Shown: positions 47,992 to 60,635, counted from the whole stretch's first letter. The stretch is DNA of 63,997 nucleotides, filler included, from Asterionella formosa (GCA_002256025.1; 9 parts of 9 records of this genome joined end to end with filler, not necessarily neighbours in it); one strand, 5' to 3'. A program made the numbers and translations. Notes: generated by a model not told the origin, from the letters alone.

Positions 47992-49839
47992 TTAACTTAT
48001 TCTCTTGAGCCTTGCTAGAAAGAAACCATCACACCCCGCCAACACTCCACCTAATGCTCCAGGAAGCACTCGCATCCAACCGTTTGCGTCAATGGCATCG
48101 TCGAATCCAATGATTTCACCTTTTTCAAAAGGCACTGTTTCGAGCTGCCCTGCAAATTTTTGCAATAGTTTATGTACTTGCTCTTCACTCTCTTGCTTCA
48201 ACGTCGAGCAAGTTGCGTAAACCATTACTCCTCCAGGTTTCAACAAGTTTTCAGCACAATGATTGGCAAGTTTCTCTTGAACCTGTTTCAAATCGCTTAT
48301 ATCTTCATCACGGCGCAGCACATCAGGCCGCTTGCTCCCAGTTCCTGTAGCACTACATGGGACATCCAGAATAACACCATGAATAGTATCCGACCCAGGA
48401 TCTGGTAGCCATTCTGTACCATCCTGGACATGGACCGTACATTTGTCATGCATCTGTAGCCGATCCAAGTTTTCGATCAATCGACGACTACGTCTAGGAC
48501 TCAATTCAATTGCTGATACGTGGTGAAACCCAAGGGATACTAGCTGATCACTCTTTCCGCCTGGAGCAGCACAAAGATCCACAACATGCATGTCACCCAC
48601 AGCAGTTTGTCCTACTTGTTTGGACAAGGCGCTGTGGAGTGCAATAGCTGGCAGCGATGCTGCCGCATCTTGTACCCACCATACACCTTCGTGGTACAAT
48701 GGCCATTCTGATACAGCTCCAGATAGTTCGTGGTCGACACGGATGGACCCATGTGGTAGTACTTGGGTATTACCACCAAAGGCATTGCAAATTTCCATAA
48801 GTGTGTTCTGTCGATCGTTATCTGAGCTTTGGGGTGGGTATTTTACAGAAAGAAAAACTGGTGGTTGTGTCATAGAGGCTTCTGCAATGATTTGAGCCCT
48901 GTCGTCTCCCCAATCGTTTTTCCATGCTGACAACAGCCATGGCGTAATATTATCCGTAACAGAGGAATGTTCTTTAAGCAAGGCTTGACCCTCTCGATCT
49001 ATTTTTCGAAGTATGGCGTTGACAAACTTGATCTTGGGTTCACTGCGAAAAGTAAATTAGTAGGATAAAGTAGCTGAAACGATCGACAATAGCAACCCGA
49101 TGCGAGCAACTTACGAGACTTTGATAAAAGGAATCATACGGAGGACCTCCACTGTCTCCTTCACAGCAGCATAAGAAGGGACCTTTGCAAATAAAATTTG
49201 ACATGCCCCAAGTCGTAGACATGCCTCTACCAAAGCATCGGATTTTTGTTTCCTCTAGAAAAAACGCGACCGGTGATTTTCACAAATCCCAATGAGCAGT
49301 GAGAGACCTGTTATTGTCATGCCATGCATGCAGGCAAAGCCAGTTAATTTATGTTATGCACTCACCTTAATGCTATTGGGGTTACGTGGAAATACCTGTA
49401 ATACTTTATCAATTTGTCCCATTCGACGTTCCGTCTCAGCCACTAAAAATCTAGCAAATGATCGATTGCGTTGGTCTAGCTTCAAATACAATGGGTTGCT
49501 TTCCAAACGTTGCAAAGGAAATGTAGATCGACTTTGTTTATCATCAAGAATAGACATGACTGCGACAGATCGACTTGAAAATGGTTCACTCCTTGTCGGC
49601 GACGGCGATGTTTCACTGGAATCCACGGAAGATGAATCTAGTTTAGAGGATGAGTGCATTACTAGGGAAAACCCAAGGAGCCTTTGTCTTGATTCCAAGC
49701 ATTTGATTCTTCTTCTTGTTGAAGTACAAGAAGGTTCATGATGCTTATTGATGCGGCGTTCAATCAAGAAGCCATGTGAAAGAGAAATACTCAATGACAG
49801 TGCCACTAACAAAGTATGAAAATGGATTATCGTTACCAT
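47992..49839 (-). CDS. rsmB: RsmB/Sun-family rRNA m5C methyltransferase with NusB domain, probably plastid-targeted (introns 49255-49365 and 49043-49114)
   Basis: Spliced NusB part (LRLGACQILF..VPSYAAVKETV, FVNAILR); VQDAAAS, DLCAAPGGKS, LDVPCSATG, YATCS; signal peptide ending SHGF. Confidence 0.9.
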
Positions 49840-50361
49840 TTTTCTTGAGACGAACCACTTGCAGCTTTGATTCTGGCAAGAGAAGAAGTGCTGTCCTCGG
49901 TNNNNNNNNNNNNNNNNNNNNNNNNNNNNNNNNNNNNNNNNNNNNTTAATTAATTAANNNNNNNNNNNNNNNNNNNNNNNNNNNNNNNNNNNNNNNNNNN
50001 NCTGCTGGTTGGGAGGGAGGTTGGGGACGACTGGACGTGGGGATATTGTACCTGATACAGTACCAGGCGGTTGGGAGCGAGGAGCAACAAACGATCCTGA
50101 TGCGCGATTATTGCTTCATCAGACGCGGCGCGCTGTAGTTCGCAATACTAACTACCAGGTACCCTGGTACCTGGTACCAGGTACCAGGGTACATATGCCA
50201 TTGCTTGTGCATGTTCCAAATTTCTTACCGGCTTCTTCCCAGTCCTCGCCCACAACGATCTGTGTCAAAAGTGTTATGATTGACATATACCCAACATCGT
50301 ATAAGCAACAAGACCACATTCGACGGGAATCTAAGGGATTCATCTAGAGCACAAACATCAA

Positions 50362-51723
50362 ATGAGCAAGCGAGGAACAATTCATGATTCGGAAGCGCCG
50401 TTTATTCCATTGGTCAAGAACGTTCAGTCATCGCCGACGAAAAGATACCAAGTTGTCAAGTCGGACTCTCTCGAATCTCGATGCTGCAAAATCATTGCTG
50501 CTAACCTTGAACGATACCCTGTGGAGGTAATCGGAGTGCTAGATGAGGAAGGATGGAATGCCGTCGTGCGTGAACGCCACGCAGGGACCGCTCCGAAGAA
50601 AGGAAAAGGAGGTTTGGATGGAACTGGACGAATGGCGCCAGCAATGAAGGCGCAATTTCTATCTAAAGTTGAAGAGGTCAATCCTCATTTGGCGGAATCA
50701 GAGGTGGTAGACAAGCTTGTATGGAAAGACTGCGTTGAATACAAGTTCACGGCAGGTGGTGTCGAACGACCAAACTCTTTGAAATACCCATGGCCTGTCT
50801 TGGTAGAGACCGTAGCAAATGCAGGATCCACTTTGTTGGGATTACTCAATAGTGAAGATATTACAGAAAGGGATAAAGAGTTACTGTCGCAATCAATACT
50901 TGTCCTTAAAAGCACTAACATGAGTGTCCATTTACTTCAATCAAGCGGTGTGGGCAAACTTGTCAAGAAGTTCATCAAGGGCTGTTTAAAGTGTCAAGAC
51001 ATAGCTATATCTCTTGGAATGTTCGCAGAACGTTCCATTGTGGCAAGCAGCAGAACTGTTAATTCAATATCAATGCAGTCACCTCTACTAGATTTGGAGC
51101 AACTCTTGGAAAAATGGAAAAACATTGCTGCACACAGCGGCACGAAGATCGCAGGGATCCAGGTTTCCAATCCAGCTCTCGAATCAGACAACGATGATAC
51201 AAAGATTGTTGAAGCCTGCCAGACATGGAGGTCCCTTTACAATGCCTTGGAATTACGGAAAACTACTAGATTAGCCAGCCAAGGTGCTCGAATGAGAGAA
51301 CGAAAACGAAAACTAGACACCGACAGGGCATCGATTAGGAAGGTCCAACATTCCAAACCAAAACCACAACACGAACGCATATTGAATCGACCACTTGAAA
51401 AAAGAAAGTCTTCCACAAAAAATGACAGCTCGCATATTGCCAGAAATAATAAGATGCTTCAACTGAAGAAAGAAGCTGCTACAATTGTTAGTAGACAAGG
51501 ACCGTTGTCTCGAGCAGTGACGATAAAACCAAAAGGTTGCTTCGGGAACGCTGTTGCATTCACTAATGGCGTGTTGCCAAAGGTATCCGGAACCATCAAA
51601 CCCAAAACTATTGTTGTCCCACTGGCGGATGGCAAGCAAATGAAAGTGCCAGGAAAAGCTGTGAATCAAAACGAACTCAGAATTAAAGGCGTCAAACCGA
51701 CATTTAAGAAACGTTGGCTATGA
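50362..51723 (+). CDS. Elongin-A-like / TFIIS-N-domain transcription elongation protein
   Basis: BC-box-like SLESRCCKIIAANL; DKLVWKDCVEYKF; MSVHLLQSSGVGKLVKK...LLEKWK; TWRSLY; basic tail. Confidence 0.65.
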   Translation: MSKRGTIHDSEAPFIPLVKNVQSSPTKRYQVVKSDSLESRCCKIIAANLERYPVEVIGVLDEEGWNAVVRERHAGTAPKKGKGGLDGTGRMAPAMKAQFLSKVEEVNPHLAESEVVDKLVWKDCVEYKFTAGGVERPNSLKYPWPVLVETVANAGSTLLGLLNSEDITERDKELLSQSILVLKSTNMSVHLLQSSGVGKLVKKFIKGCLKCQDIAISLGMFAERSIVASSRTVNSISMQSPLLDLEQLLEKWKNIAAHSGTKIAGIQVSNPALESDNDDTKIVEACQTWRSLYNALELRKTTRLASQGARMRERKRKLDTDRASIRKVQHSKPKPQHERILNRPLEKRKSSTKNDSSHIARNNKMLQLKKEAATIVSRQGPLSRAVTIKPKGCFGNAVAFTNGVLPKVSGTIKPKTIVVPLADGKQMKVPGKAVNQNELRIKGVKPTFKKRWL

Positions 51724-51895
51724 GGTGTCGGATGCAATTGAGTACTAACAATCAATATAAAGCAAAATTCCTGTACAGAAAATTAAGTGTACGACGAGAC
51801 ACAGGAACAATCTCTTCAAACCAACTAAAGTGCACAATTGTTCGAAAACTCATGAGCAGCGAATTTTTTAAATTTATGAATTGTGACTTCTTGAA

Positions 51896-54541
51896 TTAGC
51901 TACTTCCCTTGTCAGGAGAAACCACTGGCAGGTGAGTGGCTGTCTCATCTGACTTTTCTACCTCGATGCTAGACTCCTTATATGTTCGATTTCGATGATG
52001 TTCATAGGAGTCCATCAGTCCCTCAAAATCGTTCGTGCTGTAAACATAATTATCAGATTCCGAAATTATGTTAGGTGAAGGAGTGACGGCATTGTCACTC
52101 GTCGACGGCTCTGGTGAAATCAATACCATATCAATGGGTTCTCTCCCTGTCCGTGGTGGACCGGATCTGAAAACATATGGTTTTGAGAGGTAAGAGTTCA
52201 CAGGGTGCATTCGATGATCAATTATATTTGGAGGTGAAAGGTGCTGATAGACTGGCGAAGCAGAGTCAGGACGTTCATACACAGTCATTGGAGGTGGAGT
52301 GTCTGGCGCCCGAAGGCCTTTCACTGGACTAAGCGGAGGTCGAGCAGCAAAATTTGGATCACGCTTCTGAACCGGCCGAATCAGATTTGCTGATTGAGGT
52401 TTTGCTTCCTCGAAAACTACGTCAGAGTAACCAACAATCTGAGTAGGCAACTCCATTTCTTCCCTTTCATTTTCAGCTTCTTCTGGAATTTGATGTGATG
52501 ATAACGTACTGATACCTCCATCAAGTGTCAGCTTGGTTGACCCGGTCCTCTGCCGATCAAGGTAAGACACAAACGTAGGAGGTTCTTCACCCGTAGAAGC
52601 GGACGAAACCGTTTGGGATACGGAAGAATCAGTATGAGGTGAACTGACGCTTTTCTTCGACGGGTTTGAAGATGACGCCTGCGACACATCGCCGGGACCA
52701 ATCAACCCACTCGAAACGTTGGCACTAATTATTCTACTACTCCCGCTTGATGATGAGCCTCCTGAATTGCTACTAGAGGAGTGAGCCACCGGAATATTTG
52801 ACTGATTAAAGAAACGATCCACAGGAAGGCTTGCTCCATCTCGAAGGGGGACAGGACTTCCTGTCAAGGCCAGGTAACCATGAGTAGTAGTGCTTGCAGT
52901 TGAAGTAGAATGAACACTTGCTTCCCCGTCCGTTTTCCGGGGGTGCTGCTGTTGCAGGCGCATTAATTTCCCAGCCTTGTTGGTCTCCATAACCTCACGG
53001 TCAGTTTCCGAAACAGTTGAAAGGAATGTGATACGCCCACTACTTATCGACGTTGACGACACTTGTGTCGTTTGCCCTACTGTATTGTTAGTAGCCGGTG
53101 ATTGTGCCCCTGAATCGTTAGATGAGGTCGTTACACTGCTTCCTTCCTGGTGTGGAATGCATACAATGTCTCCACAACGACCATGAATCTTCTGAGGAGG
53201 ACTAGTTATTGTTGATACATCAATTCGGACAGTCGCGGTGCTTGCGCCCTTGCTTACATCAATCATCTCGCTGGTTTGGGCATCATGGTCGTCAACAAAG
53301 CGATGGTACGAAGGGGACGGAACAGTGTGAGGCGAATCTCCAATCGATGTTTCGATTCCTTGATAGTGATCATACTCTTCGTCCACATCAGATTCAAGGT
53401 GATGATACTGACTTGGCTCCATAGCTCCTCCTTTCGTTTTCGACGAGATACTACTTTCGAACACAGTAGAAAACTTTGATTTTGGACTATCATCATATTT
53501 CTTTGAATGTGTTTTCCTGTTCGATCTATCTGATGCTGAACGCTGTTCTTTTGTGTTAGCTGAAGACTTCGTCGAGATTGTATCATTGTCTCCAGCATCC
53601 TTTGGTTTGGACTCATCACTTTTCGATGACGACGAAGTAGAGGGTGGTCGAGCTGGATTCTCTCGTCCACTCCGTCGTTTCCGGAACTTGAGGACTCTAA
53701 CATCGGACAAGAAATTTTTCGCTCGTCTTGCCGCACCCCAAATGGGCGGTGTAGAGTTGTTATTATCTTCCCTCTGTGTTGATCCTAAATCAGTGACTTC
53801 AATGGAAGTCTTCTCAGGCGTATCGTCCGTTCCGGGAAAAGAAACGGGATCAAACGCCGAATATCTGACACCAGAATCACTCAATGAAGCATACGACGAT
53901 CGCTGCATGGGCAGAGAAAAAGCACTTCCAATCCGGTCTTCTGGGCTACCCAGATGAGGCATCGTCCGGAGGTGCGTGCCAAAAGCACTGCCAGCACTTC
54001 GTTGTCGGAACGCACTGGTTGACGGAGTCGAGCTCGACCGTCTCATTTGATCAAGACCAGAAGGTGGTGGCATTTGCTCACCTTCGTCCATCAGTGAAGC
54101 AGAATATTGGAGCGGAGAAGAATGTGTGTGCCTAAGAACAATCGGTGCGAACGGGTCGTCCTCCCCGACTAGCACTCGCGACGGTGCTGGACCTATTCTT
54201 GTCAATCCCTCCCCAACGCCACAAAGGCTCAAGCTTTGGAGCCCCATTTGAACATTTCTCGTACCGTGATTGACACAAGACTCCCAATTCTGAACCAGCA
54301 TTTGAAAGGTTAAGGATCGTCCGGCTTCTGTGTTCGCGGTCACTTCAGTTGTTGTCTCCGAAGCGACTTCATCGTACGTTGATTGTTCCAGTTCCGAAGG
54401 TTCCTCCGCTTCAGCTAGAGGCGCCGTAATTTCACGATTACCTATCTCCTGTTGCCCCAATCCATTGCTCTGCTGTTCCGCCTTCGCCTCTTCCCTCTGG
54501 TCGCCTGCAGTTTCCGTTGTCTTCCCATCGCTCTCACTCAT
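51896..54541 (-). CDS. Large Ser/Pro-rich, probably disordered hypothetical protein
   Basis: Uninterrupted 881-aa ORF with coding-like GC content; no domain recognised. Confidence 0.8.
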   Translation of the reverse strand: MSESDGKTTETAGDQREEAKAEQQSNGLGQQEIGNREITAPLAEAEEPSELEQSTYDEVASETTTEVTANTEAGRSLTFQMLVQNWESCVNHGTRNVQMGLQSLSLCGVGEGLTRIGPAPSRVLVGEDDPFAPIVLRHTHSSPLQYSASLMDEGEQMPPPSGLDQMRRSSSTPSTSAFRQRSAGSAFGTHLRTMPHLGSPEDRIGSAFSLPMQRSSYASLSDSGVRYSAFDPVSFPGTDDTPEKTSIEVTDLGSTQREDNNNSTPPIWGAARRAKNFLSDVRVLKFRKRRSGRENPARPPSTSSSSKSDESKPKDAGDNDTISTKSSANTKEQRSASDRSNRKTHSKKYDDSPKSKFSTVFESSISSKTKGGAMEPSQYHHLESDVDEEYDHYQGIETSIGDSPHTVPSPSYHRFVDDHDAQTSEMIDVSKGASTATVRIDVSTITSPPQKIHGRCGDIVCIPHQEGSSVTTSSNDSGAQSPATNNTVGQTTQVSSTSISSGRITFLSTVSETDREVMETNKAGKLMRLQQQHPRKTDGEASVHSTSTASTTTHGYLALTGSPVPLRDGASLPVDRFFNQSNIPVAHSSSSNSGGSSSSGSSRIISANVSSGLIGPGDVSQASSSNPSKKSVSSPHTDSSVSQTVSSASTGEEPPTFVSYLDRQRTGSTKLTLDGGISTLSSHQIPEEAENEREEMELPTQIVGYSDVVFEEAKPQSANLIRPVQKRDPNFAARPPLSPVKGLRAPDTPPPMTVYERPDSASPVYQHLSPPNIIDHRMHPVNSYLSKPYVFRSGPPRTGREPIDMVLISPEPSTSDNAVTPSPNIISESDNYVYSTNDFEGLMDSYEHHRNRTYKESSIEVEKSDETATHLPVVSPDKGSS

Positions 54542-55756
54542 TTTTCTAAATGGTCAATTGTTTTCTGGTGTGTTTGAGTCGAAATAGCAGCGCCTTTCGG
54601 TGGGATGTAGGAACGGGTCTTCGATGGATGTATTCACGTAACAGTCCTATTCATGTGTAAGATTTGAATTGCTTGCAAGATCATTGGCTCAACGATTCGC
54701 CTGGGCTGTCGTTTGTGTGTGTGCAAACAGAGTTCTGTATCGGGAACCAGAACGCTGTCCGATGCTCGAATCGAGTGTACTGATTCAATCAAGGCAACGC
54801 AAGGAAGCTCAGAATGCTACAAACGAAGGAATTGTTTGTGTTGAACAATGCCTCCCTTGTCGGCAAGGACTTGGTTAATGATTCTATTTTGTGGAAATCT
54901 TTCCAATTGGCATAAATGCTATATAAAAAGCAACAGACCGTACATACCAGAAAGCGCCATCGAGAGCTTGGCGGCAACGAATTGCGCTGGTCCTCCGATT
55001 GTCCTTCGTGCAGGCCGACGCGCGTCACGGGCACATGAATTTCATACTGCAACTCCCATTATTTGGACTAAATGGCTTTGTATCTCGAAAATTTAGAAAT
55101 AAAAGCTTCGTGAATGAATACAGAACTGGAGGCGAGTCTTTTTTAGGTGGCAAGAAAATGGCGGCAAAATATTCAACCTACTACCTACGGTGATTCAAAA
55201 CATATACCGGTGCTTTTTGCATCTTCGTTTCGAGTGAGTCGAAGCAGAATTTCACTATTGTTGCCAGGAACGGAGTGGTCAGAATGCTAAATTTTTCTGG
55301 GACTCTTGTTATTTTAGCTATTACTACTATTTGTGGAAAATCTAGATTCCTTGATGTGTATCTTTGTAAGGTCAAGCTATATTTGTCGCATATTTGGTAA
55401 TTACCAAGTAAATGTATTTTATGTGCTTGTCAGATCTTTACGATGTCAAAAAAAATTAGAAAAGAAAATTAGACGCGGTTTCTTGTCCTCATCACAATTT
55501 GTTCTAATTTCAATGTAAGTTCAAAAATAATAAAAGGAATGGAAGCGGAATGGATCATCATGGCTTGCTCAGCAGCTGCTATGGATGAGCAGTTGCTGAG
55601 GTTTGTTATCGTCTGATTGGATGGATCACTCCGACTTGGAAACATTTTTCCTTTGCTAGGTCGATGACTCTGTCAGCTTGTTGGTCAATTCAATGGTCAC
55701 TCCTACTTTCTCACCTTGATCTTCAAATCTTGTACGAAATATAATTCAGATAAATT

Positions 55757-56757
55757 ATGAAGCTCGCCATTTTCGCCGCTCTTCTTGCTAGCGCTGCTGC
55801 TTTTGCACCGGCGCCCAATGGACCCTACACAACTGCAATGGCCGCAACAAAAGCCGACCTTGAGGTTATGGCCGAGAAGCTTAACCCCATTGTTAAGTTC
55901 TATGATCCTTTGAACTTGGCTGATTCCAACTTCTGGGGTTTCGGAAATGAAGCCACCATTGGCTTCCTTCGTCAGAGTGAAATCAAGCATGGACGCATTG
56001 CTATGTTTGCTTTCGTGGGATACATCGTTCAGTCCAACAGTACGTTAGTTTCCACTTGAGTTGGTCAAATTTGATGTCGAGGCATACAAATGTACTAACA
56101 TAGGATTTCATTTTTTTGTACGTCAGTTAATTTCCCTTGGCCTCAGACCCTTGCCGGTGCTGCGCATCCAAGTACTGATCTCAGTCCTGAGGCTCAGTGG
56201 GATGCCGTCCCTGCCGCTGCCAAATGGCAAATCTTCGCAGTTATCTCCATGCTCGAGCTTTGGGACGAGGTTAGTATTTCTCAAAAAATCTAAAAGAAGA
56301 ACTGCTGGTGCTCGCTTTTACACTGCTGACATTTTTCATCTCTTTTTTCTTCAATAGTGTGGCGGCGGTGGAGTCTTGCCACACTATACCAAGGGCCGTC
56401 AGCCTGGAAAATACCCTTCCTTCGCTCCTTTCCGTGATGCCGTCCACCCCGTTTTAGACCTTTATGACCCTGCTGGCTTCAACAAGGTGAGGTTTTGACG
56501 CTGTCGTCCTTTGATACGCTTTTCTGAAAACTCAAAATGTTCGTCCCCCTTTTGCGTCCGGTTAGAACATGTCCGCTGAGAAGAAGGAAAAGCGTCTTCT
56601 CTCGGAGATCAACAACGGACGTCTTGCTATGCTCGGAATCTTCGGCTTCCTCTGCGCCGACAAAATCCCTGGATCCGTTCCCCTTCTTAACGATATCGCC
56701 ATCCCATACTCCGGAGACCCCATGGTTCCTTTCGAGGGGCAATTCTCTTATTTCTAA
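55757..56757 (+). CDS. fcp: Fucoxanthin-chlorophyll a/c light-harvesting protein, possibly Lhcq-type (introns 56040-56126, 56270-56357, 56487-56565)
   Basis: ASAAAFAP presequence; LRQSEIKHGRIAM and EINNGRLAM chlorophyll-binding helices; all three GT-AG introns splice in frame. Confidence 0.96.
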
Positions 56758-57127
56758 GCACCTGACATCCCCCGAGACAACACTTGACCGTTTCTCTCAT
56801 CGTTGGCCTTCAAGAACCATTGAGAGGTTTTATGCACATCATCATATGTAATACCTAGATTTGTTTGAATGACCAATTGAATGTAGTAGTGTTGCATGTC
56901 GCTTCACAAAAATCCATGTACAGGTGATTGATGTAATATACCCGGTAGCAGGGAACAACAGCCTGTTAGAGTCCAGAGTTCATTTGGTGGTGGGTTACCT
57001 TTATAAAGCATCATCTGGCCCATCATTNNNNNNNNNNNNNNNNNNNNNNNNNNNNNNNNNNNNNNNNNNNNTTAATTAATTAANNNNNNNNNNNNNNNNN
57101 NNNNNNNNNNNNNNNNNNNNNNNNNNN

Positions 57128-57460
57128 TTCACGCACATTCAGTGTTTGATATACTTCCTCCCAACAAGCCTCTTCCATAGCAAGAGCTGTTGTTGCCACT
57201 TCTGCCTCACCAACTTTCTCTTCTACCGCAGTGAAATTACCTTGGGATGACCAAAATCCAACTGCAAGAGGTAAGTTCATTGCGGAATAAACAATGTCAG
57301 CGTCACCAGGTCCCAATCCAGCTTCGTGACAACCAAGAATAAACTGCTGGTTGATTGCAAACTGTTTTGCTTCTTTTTTCTTTATCTCGCCATGATCTTC
57401 ATCTTCGTTGTCGCAGCTTCTTGCAGCTTCGAGTTTCGCAACCTGTTTTTGGCAGGTCAA
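57128..57460 (-). mobile_element. Mutator-like/Kolobok-related transposase N-terminal fragment, cut by the scaffold end
   Basis: AINQQFILGCHEAGLG....IVYSAMNLP...F..VEEKVG...AMEEACWEE. Confidence 0.55.
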
Positions 57461-59271
57461 ACATGTTCTTTTGACGGCACTTCTTATGATGGTGTACCAC
57501 CAGGTACTGGTTGCATGACAATATCCTTACGTAAGCATCAAGGAGAGGATTGCAAATTACTCATTTTGTGCGGCACTGTGGTAAGCGATAGATTTTACTC
57601 CGGAGTACATTATATCATTGGTAAAATTACCAGAGTAAGGTAGTATTTCATGCCGCAGCAGTGCCTCTGGTACCAGGTACCAGTTGTTTTATTCAAGCTA
57701 CTGTTACTCTACTGCCTGCTATTTGACTTGGGTACCAGTACTTCTTTCCCCCTGTGATCCCGTCATCAATGTAGGCCAACAAACATGACATTACTACCAA
57801 AAGTTAATGCATTTTCACATTGTGGAAATCATGTGTTCTCCCATTGTTGCATGCACCTAGTACAAAAATCTCGCCATCTGGGTCCTTACTACCAACATCC
57901 AAATCCTCAACAACTTCCATGGTGCCTGGCAGATTGTTGCTTTGAGTCCTGATCTATCAACTGTTATTTCTATCCACTTTATTTAGCATGATGGAGACAT
58001 AAGATGAGAGCAAGAGAAGGATCTTGGGAGACGCAGACAGTATATATTATGGCAAACTGCATTCCCTTTTTGTGAAATTTAACTTTAGAATCCTGGCAGG
58101 CAATGCATTGCCAGGATGAAATGTACGGCGGATGAATGAGCAAGATGAGAGCACACCTTATGGAATGGTTTAGTGGTATGAAATTAGTGCTACTATTGCA
58201 TTTCGGAGTTTGACACCAGGGTAGTAGCAGTGGGCTTCTTTGTAGCAGTAGTGTAAAGGGAATTGTTGGAGGTGTCATTTGGAGTATAGGCATGAGACAA
58301 GCGCTTTTTGTTGTTGTGGAAAAAAGCGGCAAGTGAGGATGTGTGAAGGGGGGTGAAGAGTGGTGGTCAGAGGGTCATAGGGTCAGAGAGGTGTGATACG
58401 AGGGGAAAAGATAATTCATGGTAGTGGAATTATGTACACAAGCAGAGGGCTTTCCAGTGCTGACCGAATTTTTGAATGTAGACTTGAAGGATTTGCAAGA
58501 GGATTTGCATGGGGATGAACAGGAGTGAAGGAGACAGTGTCAGCCATAGGAATATTAGAAGGAGCATGAGTGAGATAAGCAGCATTGGCGGAAGGCGAGG
58601 GTGGTGATTGAAGCACCAGCAGCAGCATGGAATCTGTCATAGGCTATGTAGTACCTGGTACCAGAGAAACATAATCACATGGAGCACTTGTCCTGTGCAG
58701 ATAGGTTTTTTGTTCTGGTTTGTCCCTACTTGGAACGTAAAGTAGCAGTCCTGTACTTAAGGATAAATATTACTTTCGCTTGTCCATCTTTTTCTAAACT
58801 AGAAACATTGTGACCCCTTTGTATAGCTAGACTAGCTAGCACCATTTTTTTACAAAGTAACTGCAACCGATCCATCACTTCCACCATGTTGGTTGTTCTG
58901 GATGAGGGACTATTGCAGCTCAATTGCAAAGGATTGTAATACCTCCAAGTGCCATAGTAATTCGAGGCAAATTTGCTAGGTACTGATATACCAATACATG
59001 CGTGAAGTACCGGTAGGTTATTTTCAACCAGAGGGAGTACCAGGTATCATCTAATGTTGAATACCGGTACATGTGTCGGTATACCTAGTCTTTCCTAGCC
59101 TGATGAATAGGTAGACTGCGCGATCCTCAAAAGGGTAGATTATATATAGAGAGAGATTTCATATATACACAACTAGAAAATTATGTCCCCTCGAAGTATG
59201 CATCGGAAATATTTTTATGTGTGAACCACTACTTAGCATATTCTTGTTGTACTTTCGCCTTGACAACTACG

Positions 59272-59835
59272 ATGCCGAAGACTGACGTGGAGATTAACGA
59301 GATGATGGAGAGGGTCGCTCCAGAGCTCGGATCAGTGTATGCGAAGTATCCCTTAGCGCTACCAGGTTGGTTGATGCCGGGTGGAACAGGTCCAAATTCT
59401 GCGCCGGGATATATCAAGGCTGACACCGAAAGTTGCAAGGAGAACTATGTCTATGGTGACGGTCTAAGTGGAATAGGTCACTATCATATCCTAACCAGAG
59501 ATGCATATGTCAACTTGACTACACGTCTGAAAAGCACTACTCCAATTGGCTGGTGTTGTTTCGCGGGCAGTCGAAAGGCGGCTGATGAGCACTACGATGT
59601 GAAGCAAATCTGTTACAATAGGAGTATCTCGTCAGTTCCAGACGATGCCGTTGCAGCCAGAGAGGCTTTGTCAGCCTCTAATGACACAGCTCAAGCTGTT
59701 TACTTGGGTAAGTTATCGGAGAGGCTTGTTTTGTCGACTTGGTCATTTCACAGCTTGGCTCATCACTTCTGTTTTTCCTCTTCAGCTACAATGAACGAGC
59801 AACTTGTCGTTGGAGCTGTTATGCTGGCCACGTAA
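59272..59835 (+). CDS. Hypothetical protein (probable 78-nt intron 59708-59785)
   Basis: First ATG at 59272; G|GTAAG...TTCAG intron is in frame; globular composition. Confidence 0.7.
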   Translation: MPKTDVEINEMMERVAPELGSVYAKYPLALPGWLMPGGTGPNSAPGYIKADTESCKENYVYGDGLSGIGHYHILTRDAYVNLTTRLKSTTPIGWCCFAGSRKAADEHYDVKQICYNRSISSVPDDAVAAREALSASNDTAQAVYLGKLSERLVLSTWSFHSLAHHFCFSSSATMNEQLVVGAVMLAT

Positions 59836-60635
59836 GTGAAACAATGATATTTCAGACACTTATTATATTTTTTTGATGTAGAATATATAGATTCATGCAA
59901 GTTTTAGTGCTTGACTTCGCTTTCCTCATAGAAGAGAGTCCCATGTACTTGTACTATAAATATCCTCATTATCTCCTATTTTAATTCAATGTCTGATCCT
60001 CAGGTGACTTATCAAACAAAACAAATTCTCTTTGGTGTGCTGCTGGGAGGTTACTATTTGTCACTGGCATGGGATGGAAATGGTCAAGTAAAAGGGCATC
60101 TCCTCATGGTGTTGCAGTGTACCCCCCCAGCCCCCAGCATTGTATCTGTTCCACTCAACGTAACATCAGACTATGCCATTTCGTTTTCAATTGGATCTAT
60201 TGCTCAAAAGAAGCACCAATTGAATACACAATATGTACAACGTGAAACAGTAAAATGCTAATCCGTATATTCTGGATATCGACCAAGATGATACTTCAAA
60301 ACAAAATGGCAAAGACACATGAATCCGATTCCATTGTTGCATCAGGTGTGGATTAAAATGGTACCGTAAACTGTTTAAGCGCTGCTTGTCATTCAACCTG
60401 GGTGTATCAGAATTTTCCAATCAGGTATACAACATATTGAAATCTCGGCAATTTAATAATAAGACTAACGAGCAAACAACATCAATACATCACTCATGAT
60501 GGTAGTACACCCCCCGATGGCGATTATAGTTCACTACTATTTAAATTTGTACTGGATTGCGGTACTTGACTTGGGACTTAACTAAACTGATCCAGTATAC
60601 CAAATCAACAAGATGCTAACGTGGTTTCAAATGCT

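Noticed and set aside
57760..58640. Possible second LINE remnant on the minus strand
   Set aside because: The purine skew resembles the 42-kb LINE fragment, but no diagnostic RT, endonuclease or zinc-knuckle motif could be read.
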